41,142 nt of DNA from an uncultured Micrococcales bacterium (GTDB taxonomy: Bacteria > Actinomycetota > Actinomycetes > Actinomycetales > Microbacteriaceae). The stretch lies in contig CAINTU010000065.1 in the NCBI GenBank assembly GCA_903853515.1, positions 1 to 41,142 on the forward strand. The letters are read 5' to 3'. A program made the translations under genes and the position numbers. The notes under the pieces were generated by a model. That model was given only the letters and a program-made list of their open reading frames with translations, was not told where the DNA came from and ran no database searches. Below are positions 29,716 through 36,675 of this stretch, piece after piece. Numbering within the stretch: the stretch's first letter is position 1; the number at the start of each line of letters is the position of its first letter.

Positions 29716-30491
29716 TGATCATGACAGGCAAAGTTATTTATGAAGTCAAGAACGTTACCAAGAACTATGGCGCTGTCGTAGCTCTTGATGGCGCAAGTCT
29801 TCAACTGCACGCAGGTGAAGTTATCGGCTTGGTAGGCGACAATGGCGCCGGCAAGTCAACACTTGTGAAGGTGCTCTCTGGCGCGCACTCGCCAGACGGT
29901 GGCACAATCGAGCTCGACGGTGTCGAACAGGTTTGGCACAACCCGCGTCAGGCGCTAGAAGCCGGCATCGAGACTCTTTATCAAGACTCTGGTTTGGCAC
30001 CTCATCTAACCGTTAGCCAAAACGTGTTCTTGGGTCGCGAGATTATGACCAAAGGTATTTTTGGCAAACTGGGATTCTTGGCTCGCAAGCAGATGGAAGT
30101 TCAGGCCCAAGCAGATCTAGAAGCCGTTGGAATCGCCTTTGCATCTTCTAATCGCCCGGTCTCGCAACTTTCTGGTGGTCAGCGCCAAGCAGTGGCAATC
30201 GGCCGCGCAGTTTCGTGGGCGCGCAAGGTTCTCATTCTCGATGAACCAACCAACCACCTTGGTGCTCGTCAATCAGCCGAAGTGCTCGAAGTTATTCGTC
30301 GCGCCAAAAAGAAGGGGCTAGGCGTAATCTTCATTTCGCACACACTGCCTCACGTGCTCGATGTGACCGATCGAATTGTTGTGTTGCGCCTTGGCCAGAT
30401 CGTGGCTGACGCACCAACGTCGACATTCACCGCAGACACCCTGATCGGCACCATCACCGGCAGCTATAAAGGTGCCGGCAGCCAAAAATAA
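29715..30491 (+). CDS. Sugar ABC transporter ATP-binding protein (single NBD)
   Basis: GDNGAGKST, LSGGQRQ, ILDEP and ISH. Confidence 0.94.
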   Translation: MIMTGKVIYEVKNVTKNYGAVVALDGASLQLHAGEVIGLVGDNGAGKSTLVKVLSGAHSPDGGTIELDGVEQVWHNPRQALEAGIETLYQDSGLAPHLTVSQNVFLGREIMTKGIFGKLGFLARKQMEVQAQADLEAVGIAFASSNRPVSQLSGGQRQAVAIGRAVSWARKVLILDEPTNHLGARQSAEVLEVIRRAKKKGLGVIFISHTLPHVLDVTDRIVVLRLGQIVADAPTSTFTADTLIGTITGSYKGAGSQK

Positions 30492-30546
30492 TCCCAGGTT
30501 TAATGGGCCCAAGAATTTTGCCAGCCACTAACAACGAAAGTTTTCA

Positions 30547-30855
30547 TTGAGTTACCTATATCTAAAAGCAGACATTTTCCCCAATCTCGCAAAGCGCGAA
30601 GAGGTCGAGGCAGCATATCGCGAGCTAATCACCGCATCGCTAGACGAGCCAGGATGCCTGCTTTATGACCTAGTGGTTGATGATGAAAACCCAGGTGTTT
30701 GGCACATGTTCGAAAAATGGCAGAGCCGCGAAATCTGGGATCAGCACATGGTTTCGCCGCATGTTGCAAAGATTCAGCGCATCGAGGCTGGCTTGACAGT
30801 CAAACCGACTATCTTGAACTTCTATGAATCGGTTCTAGCGCCAGTTTCGCATTAG
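30547..30855 (+). CDS. ABM-family protein (putative quinol monooxygenase / LsrG-like)
   Basis: EPGCLLYDL, FEKW and HMVSPH motifs; TTG start with GAAAG upstream. Confidence 0.82.
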   Translation: MSYLYLKADIFPNLAKREEVEAAYRELITASLDEPGCLLYDLVVDDENPGVWHMFEKWQSREIWDQHMVSPHVAKIQRIEAGLTVKPTILNFYESVLAPVSH

Positions 30856-32117
30856 CTAACTGCGAACGAGCCAGCGGCAGATTTCACAGTTTTGCCTTTG
30901 CTGCTCAGGCTGTTTAGCGTGAATTTGCAGGTGCCTTTCACGGTGCCAACAACTGTTGTGCCAACGACACTGCAAATCGATTTCGATGCAGATGCGATCA
31001 CAACTTGAAAACTGCCTTTAGATGGCAAGGCAATCTTTAGAAGTGCAGCCAAATCTGCAATCCTTTTTGTCACCTTGAGTTTGCCAGGCGCAACTGTGGC
31101 GGCCTTCTTGCCAATCAAATATGTAGGTTGTGAAAAAGTCACTGTGTCAATCGTGATCACGACCTTGTCGGCAGTTGTAGCGACCGTATAGTTCAACCCT
31201 GCATCAGGTGTTGTGGCGACTTTTGCGTCGGTCATCGCGGTTGACTTGCCACCCTCGGTGCGGGTCATCAAAATGTTTTTTGCGAAATCGGCGGTGGTGC
31301 CACCAAAGCAACTTGTAACTGTGGCTGCCGGCAAAATCACCTGAGCGTAGCCATCATTCTCGGTTGTGCCGTCTGACTGAAAATGCGGGCCACCAAGAAG
31401 CAACTGAATGCCACTAAACGATTTAGAGCCTTTAGCGTCAGTTGGGCATGATGCATTCATGTCATATGCGAACGCGGCAGCACTAAAAGCCATGCCTTTG
31501 ATCGAGGCATAGCCTGCCGCACCATTAGCGCCGCTCGAATATCGTGTGTCGATATTTAGCTGCGCTGGGTAATCATCGGTCGCGGTGTCTTCGGTGCTCG
31601 AACACTCGAGCGGTGTCGTCTCGCAGCCAGCCAAAGCCGAAATCTCTTGCGGGCTTGCCAACAGAGTCACACGGTTCGTTTTTGGTGCAATGGTGAAGCC
31701 ATCAATTTGCGCTTGTCCTTCTGCCTCAAGCGGCAGGTCACCAGCTGCGGGGGTGAAGCTAATGACAAAGTCAGACGACAGATCGACGAACTCTAAATCC
31801 ATGCTTGACGGAACATCAGAATCGGGATCAAGCTTGCCGACATAGGCGCTATAAACCATGTCGACATTGTCTTTGCAGAGCGACATTGTGTAATCGCCAT
31901 AGACGCCAGGATTCGCCTTATCGGCTGGCTGTGCAACGCCGTCTACGCTCATCGTGATGTTGGCAATCGTCGGGTCAACCGCATCGCCCACCGAACAGTC
32001 GCCAGGGGTGTCGGCGTGGGCAGCCACAGAACTAGATACCAGTGCGGCTGTCAAAAGTGCGATGCTAGCCATAGAGGCAAAGGTGGGAACAAATCTCTTC
32101 ACGCTTCTATTCTTCAC
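30852..32117 (-). CDS. Secreted hypothetical protein
   Basis: Signal peptide ending AHA-D; acidic, Cys-containing body and basic C-terminal ~80 aa with C..C pair. Confidence 0.75.
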   Translation of the reverse strand: MKNRSVKRFVPTFASMASIALLTAALVSSSVAAHADTPGDCSVGDAVDPTIANITMSVDGVAQPADKANPGVYGDYTMSLCKDNVDMVYSAYVGKLDPDSDVPSSMDLEFVDLSSDFVISFTPAAGDLPLEAEGQAQIDGFTIAPKTNRVTLLASPQEISALAGCETTPLECSSTEDTATDDYPAQLNIDTRYSSGANGAAGYASIKGMAFSAAAFAYDMNASCPTDAKGSKSFSGIQLLLGGPHFQSDGTTENDGYAQVILPAATVTSCFGGTTADFAKNILMTRTEGGKSTAMTDAKVATTPDAGLNYTVATTADKVVITIDTVTFSQPTYLIGKKAATVAPGKLKVTKRIADLAALLKIALPSKGSFQVVIASASKSICSVVGTTVVGTVKGTCKFTLNSLSSKGKTVKSAAGSFAVS

Positions 32118-32157
32118 CCATTTGGGCTCTCAGGCCAGAAATCGTCACACTCGCAAC

Positions 32158-32195
32158 GCAAAATCCCGCCGACCTCAAAGGCTGGCGGGATTTGC
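32158..32195 (-). terminator. Rho-independent terminator after tRNA-Ser(GCT)
   Basis: aaatcccgcc ... ggcgggattt inverted repeat just past the tRNA 3' end. Confidence 0.75.
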
Positions 32196-32203
32196 TGTTA
32201 GAG

Positions 32204-32295
32204 CGGAGACGAGAGGATTTGAACCTCCGAAGGGCTTTTAATACCCTTACCTCATTAGCAGTGAGGCGCACTCGACCGGGCTATGCGACGTCTCC
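32204..32295 (-). tRNA. tRNA-Ser (GCT), CCA not encoded
   Basis: GGAGACG..CGTCTCC-G acceptor, anticodon arm CCTCA-ctGCTaa-TGAGG, long variable arm, GGTTCAAATCC. Confidence 0.95.
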
Positions 32296-32338
32296 AATAA
32301 CTTCAATAGTTTAGCCGAAAATGCTTGAGGCTTTAAAG

Positions 32339-32689
32339 TCAAATATTCTCGCGCACCTGAATGATGTTGCCATCGGGATCATTGCCGTCGACATAGCGCC
32401 ATTGCCCATGTTCTTGCGGCGCACCACCTAATCGCCCACCGTTTTGGCCTGCCGCAAGCTTCGCCTGATCGATGCTTGCTACGTTGAAGACGGGTTTGAT
32501 TGGATTCTCTTCACGCAGTGCCGGAGCGGTTCTGAATTCTTCTGGCAATAGATGCAGCAGCACTTCATTATCGTTGTTGCTCACACAGGCGAATTCTTCA
32601 GTCACATAGGGGTTGTGATCGCCAAACAAGGCTTTATAAAAGCCCACGGATTTGCCGAGGTCAGACACCCACAACACGATTGTTGTCAT
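32339..32689 (-). CDS. VOC/glyoxalase family protein
   Basis: LWVSDL..SVGFYKALFG and DPDGNIIQ motifs. Confidence 0.85.
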   Translation of the reverse strand: MTTIVLWVSDLGKSVGFYKALFGDHNPYVTEEFACVSNNDNEVLLHLLPEEFRTAPALREENPIKPVFNVASIDQAKLAAGQNGGRLGGAPQEHGQWRYVDGNDPDGNIIQVRENI

Positions 32690-32755
32690 TTGCTACTCGC
32701 TTCTAGGCTCTTTGAATTTTGTTCGCTATGTCGGTGGTTGCGATTAGCCTAACCC

Positions 32756-33349
32756 TTGATAAAACCTACCGAAGGATTCCAATTGGCGCTCAGCTCTAAG
32801 GCAAAGCACGCCTTGCACAAAATAGTCGTGCCCTCGCCAAAGCTCGACTTTGCCGAAAGCATCGACCTATTTAGTCAGATTTTGCCAGGCATCTATATGG
32901 GTGGCACTCAAGATGCCGACAGTCGATTAGCGACCAACACATCAGCCGAGGGTAACGCCAACCATAACCGGCCTTCTTTTTATGACGACGAAAAATTTCA
33001 AACAGTCGTCACGCTTTATTTATGGGCCAATCCAACTGGTGATGGGGTTAAAGAACTGCGGCTGCCATTTCGCGACGATTACCAAATCAACTTTGATGTC
33101 AACGCAATGTTTTCGATTGTGCGCGATGCCCACTACGACTGGTCAAGAGGCAAGCGCGTTTTGGTACGTTGCCAAGCTGGCCAGAACCGCAGTGGTTTAG
33201 CGACCGCGTTGATCTTGATGCGCGATGGCAAAAACGCACAAGAGGCCATCGAAATAGTTCGAGCCGGTCGCAATTTCGGGGCGCTCAACAACCCAGCGTT
33301 TGTCGATTGGCTAAAAGCAGAGCCATTAGATTTCTGGCGGCAAGACTAG
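32756..33349 (+). CDS. Dual-specificity / tyrosine phosphatase-like protein (CX5R)
   Basis: IYMGG, PFRD acid loop and VLVRCQAGQNRSG P-loop; start uncertain. Confidence 0.85.
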   Translation: MIKPTEGFQLALSSKAKHALHKIVVPSPKLDFAESIDLFSQILPGIYMGGTQDADSRLATNTSAEGNANHNRPSFYDDEKFQTVVTLYLWANPTGDGVKELRLPFRDDYQINFDVNAMFSIVRDAHYDWSRGKRVLVRCQAGQNRSGLATALILMRDGKNAQEAIEIVRAGRNFGALNNPAFVDWLKAEPLDFWRQD

Positions 33350-33429
33350 ACCCAGGCCAGCTGCTAGAAAAGTGTTTGATAGTGAGGCTGCTGTTCGGCT
33401 AAACTAACTAGGTTGCCGCAAGGCACCCA

Positions 33430-33505
33430 GCGTTTGTAGCTCAACGGATAGAGCATCTGACTACGGATCAGAAGGTTGGGGGTTCGAGTCCCTCCAAGCG
33501 CACCA
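33430..33505 (+). tRNA. tRNA-Arg (ACG)
   Basis: GCGTTTG..CAAGCGC-ACCA, anticodon arm TCTGA-ctACGga-TCAGA, GGTTCGAGTCC. Confidence 0.96.
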
Positions 33506-33520
33506 GCAACACAGTGCGTT

Positions 33521-33543
33521 AAACCCCGAAAAAACAGGGGTTT
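33521..33543 (+). terminator. Hairpin downstream of tRNA-Arg
   Basis: aaacccc-gaaaaaaca-ggggttt. Confidence 0.55.
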
Positions 33544-33779
33544 CTGATCCAAAACCCCAGCGATAGACACTCCAACCAGGAGGTCTAACCTAAATGCTCA
33601 GTGATTCGCTCAGTGGTTTAAAAACCCAACCAAAACATAAACACCCGGCGTGTCTAGTTGCGGACTATCCCCATAGATGCCAACTTATAACTAGCGGATA
33701 CAAATTGCCCGAGAGACCGAAAGACTCTTGGCTGCGGATGCTAACAAATCTGAATCTTCATTTCAAGGTGGTTAGCATA

Positions 33780-33974
33780 GTGGCGCAACTATATAGAGTC
33801 GACGAAGTCGCAAAAGAACTACAAATATCTAGAGCTACCCTATATCGGCTGATATCCCGCGGCTACATTCAACCCATCAAAGTTGGGCGCAGTGTCAGAT
33901 TCACTCAAAGCGCTATCGACCGCCTAATCAAACGCCTCGAAACTCAGACACGTCAAGACGAGGTGGGTTACTGA
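33780..33974 (+). CDS. Excisionase-like helix-turn-helix protein (HTH_17)
   Basis: LYRVDEVAKELQISRATLYRLI..G.I..IKVGRSVRF; GTG start; TGATG coupling to the integrase. Confidence 0.85.
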   Translation: MAQLYRVDEVAKELQISRATLYRLISRGYIQPIKVGRSVRFTQSAIDRLIKRLETQTRQDEVGY

Positions 33975-35281
33975 TGGCCTACCGGGACGGATCGATTTGG
34001 CAAGGCCAAACAAAAACAGGCAAGAGCGTTTGGTTTGTTGAAGTGCAAATAGGCACAAGCCCCAAAGGTCGCCCACGAATGACCCGACGACAAGCTGCAA
34101 CCAAAGCTGGGGCCATCAAAATAAGACAAGAACTAAACGCCCTAAAAAATCAAGGCAAACTCACCCAACGAAACAACATCACCATCGCCGACTATGGCCG
34201 CTATTGGGCTCGGCAAGTAAAACCAAATACTGTCAAACCACACACTGCAGCAGATTACGAGTGGCTTCTAACTAAATATGTAAACCCCTACCTAGGTAAA
34301 CGCCGCATGTCTGACCTTTCATTCCCTTTGGTTCAAGATTGGATGAACGACCTGTTGGCTGCAGGCTTTGGTCACAGCACAGTCAATTCAGCACGATCAG
34401 TTTTAGGGCAAATCGCTAAACAAGCTCAAAGGGAACAAATACTGAACCAAAACCCGGTACTTCTAACCACGAAAGTAAAAAAACTTTTAGGCGATAAAAC
34501 TCAAGTGCGTGAACCCTGGACTAAAGAAGAAACCACAAGAGCACTAGAACTGGCCAACGGCAGCGAACTAGACCTGTTTTTACACGTATGCCTTCACCTA
34601 GGGCTTCGACACGGCGAAGCTTTAGGTCTCACCTACAGTGCCATCGACATAGACAACCGAACCATCGAAATCAAACAAACACTGAAAGATGAACGCCGAA
34701 TCACCAAAGACGGGCAAGGCATAGTCAGGTTACGGTTGCAAACGCCCAAAACCAAGTCAAGCATCAGGAAAATGCCGTTATCCGACACCATCTACGAGGC
34801 TCTAAAACGACACCAAATGCGCCAGTCATTCCGACGTATAAAAGCCGGCCCAAAATGGCGTGAAACAGACATGATATTCACTACCTCTATCGGCACAGCC
34901 ATACCCCAAGCAAACAACCTCAAAACCTACAAGAAGTTTCTGCTAGACAACAACATCCGATACATCCGAATACACGACCTAAGGCACACCTTCGGCACCC
35001 TAGCTCTTGAATCAGGAATCCCCATCGATCAAGTCTCACAAGTCATGGGGCACTCAGACATCGGCATCACCAAGAAAATCTATGCACCACAAGTCCGCGG
35101 CTACAACCAACAAGCAATACTCGCAATGGAAAACTACCTAAACCCCGATATCACAGTGCCAACAGACTGGATCCAACCAACAGAAACAATCACCCAAACC
35201 CAAACAGAAATCACACACCCAGTGCCTCAATCAACCAGACCAACACGCATACAACTAACAAACAAACGCCATTTACAATGA
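33974..35281 (+). CDS. int: Tyrosine recombinase / site-specific integrase (ICE/phage type)
   Basis: N-terminal arm-binding and SAM-like domains; catalytic GLRHGE, PKT, HDLRH, MGH and IY residues all present. Confidence 0.93.
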   Translation: MAYRDGSIWQGQTKTGKSVWFVEVQIGTSPKGRPRMTRRQAATKAGAIKIRQELNALKNQGKLTQRNNITIADYGRYWARQVKPNTVKPHTAADYEWLLTKYVNPYLGKRRMSDLSFPLVQDWMNDLLAAGFGHSTVNSARSVLGQIAKQAQREQILNQNPVLLTTKVKKLLGDKTQVREPWTKEETTRALELANGSELDLFLHVCLHLGLRHGEALGLTYSAIDIDNRTIEIKQTLKDERRITKDGQGIVRLRLQTPKTKSSIRKMPLSDTIYEALKRHQMRQSFRRIKAGPKWRETDMIFTTSIGTAIPQANNLKTYKKFLLDNNIRYIRIHDLRHTFGTLALESGIPIDQVSQVMGHSDIGITKKIYAPQVRGYNQQAILAMENYLNPDITVPTDWIQPTETITQTQTEITHPVPQSTRPTRIQLTNKRHLQ

Positions 35282-35457
35282 AAGCAAGGACACAGAAAAA
35301 GCGGCCGAAAAGCCTCGAGACCGACATCCTTGAATCCAACAAAAAAGGTGCCTGCACCGATGCAGCACTAAAAACGAGCAGGGAACTTTTCATTAACGCT
35401 TCGCTCAGTGCAAAGGTTGTTGCAATCCTGAGACACACACAAGGCCTAAACCGCTAG
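35278..35457 (+). CDS. Possible 59-aa basic peptide coupled to the integrase
   Basis: ATG overlaps the int TGA (ATGA); reads MKARTQKKRPKSLETD...QGLNR*; no family recognised. Confidence 0.3.
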   Translation: MKARTQKKRPKSLETDILESNKKGACTDAALKTSRELFINASLSAKVVAILRHTQGLNR

Positions 35458-35596
35458 CCCATAAAAAGCAAAAACAACAGCGCCAAAGGGATTATTCGGC
35501 ACAAGCCAACATGCATCTCGGCACATTTGCCTGGCCAAGCCAAAAGTCAAGAAAACCACTTTCAAGATTTTTGGAAACTCGGTAGTGTGTTGCCAT

Positions 35597-36511
35597 ATGA
35601 ATACAGATGAACCTAAAAACCCACTAATTATTGCCCAAGAAGCCAAGAAAACCCAATCTCGACTGCTAACATTCAACATCTTGGGAGCATTTCCAGCAAT
35701 TTATTTTCTATTTCAATCGCCAGACAATCTAGTCGTTTGGAGTCTTGGGGTTTTGAGCTGGGGGTATTACTTCGTCATGCGTAGGAACGCAAAGAAAATC
35801 CCCTATTTTCAGGAATTAGGCGAACTCGTAGCCCTAAGAGAAAAAGCAGTGCAATTGGATTATCAGGTCAGGTGGCGCGAGATTAATTGGCAAAAGGAAA
35901 TGCGCCTACTGACTGAAAAGGTGAGCAACCTAGAAAAGGGGTGGGGATTGCGAATGGAATTTGCGTGGGATGTTGATGCAGATCTTTATGAACTGTACCT
36001 GGACGGAAAACCAGCACCGTGCGGGTTCATTCAAGACGCTAAAGCCGTTTTCTCTGATAACACGAATGAGCAAACTTTCGCAGTGGGTTCAACAAGCACC
36101 ACTGTATATAATTCGGCCAAAAACAACCGAATCCTAAACTCAACCACATCAACAACGAACCAAATGCTCACTACGCAAACTGGCACGGCATCGGTGCAAA
36201 TCGAGGGCCCTCAGATGGTTCCGGGGGTGCTGTTATTTGACAGCCCGTATGCGGCGAGAGAGTTTACAAATATGTTTAACAGTGCCGCAAAAAACGCAGC
36301 GGCCGCCAGCGCAAACCTCCAAAGCAGCCTAAAGGAAGCACTCAAAAAGTTGGAACAACTCAAGTCCCCTGAAAACACAGATTTCGGTGCATCTGAAATT
36401 CAACAAATGCTTGCGCAGTATCCGAAACCAGTGTTGGACTGGATTGGCGTAGATATTTCTAGATGGAATCGGGTCGATTCAAATAACCCAAATGCTCTCT
36501 CCAACAAATAG
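35597..36511 (+). CDS. Hypothetical membrane protein (two TM segments plus coiled coils)
   Basis: Long ORF; two N-terminal hydrophobic segments and helical heptad-like regions flanking a beta-rich core. Confidence 0.7.
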   Translation: MNTDEPKNPLIIAQEAKKTQSRLLTFNILGAFPAIYFLFQSPDNLVVWSLGVLSWGYYFVMRRNAKKIPYFQELGELVALREKAVQLDYQVRWREINWQKEMRLLTEKVSNLEKGWGLRMEFAWDVDADLYELYLDGKPAPCGFIQDAKAVFSDNTNEQTFAVGSTSTTVYNSAKNNRILNSTTSTTNQMLTTQTGTASVQIEGPQMVPGVLLFDSPYAAREFTNMFNSAAKNAAAASANLQSSLKEALKKLEQLKSPENTDFGASEIQQMLAQYPKPVLDWIGVDISRWNRVDSNNPNALSNK

Positions 36512-36675
36512 CCACCAATAACCTGGATTTATATTGAAAAGGGAATATTCTGTGGACAAGTGCAATTTGAAGAGGCCTTCTGCATAAGAGGGCAAAGCCC
36601 AATAGGCGGGTAAATCTGAATTTTTGGCGCACCAAGGGCGACTCCTCATGGGAACAGGAACTACTATTGGCAACT

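Noticed and set aside
23957-32203. Possible second island anchored at tRNA-Ser(GCT)
   Set aside because: No integrase, no duplicated tRNA 3' end seen, and host-like composition
33594-33779. N-terminal half of the 126-aa ORF before the excisionase domain
   Set aside because: It spans the att/regulatory region; HTH_17 proteins are about 60 aa, matching the GTG at 33780
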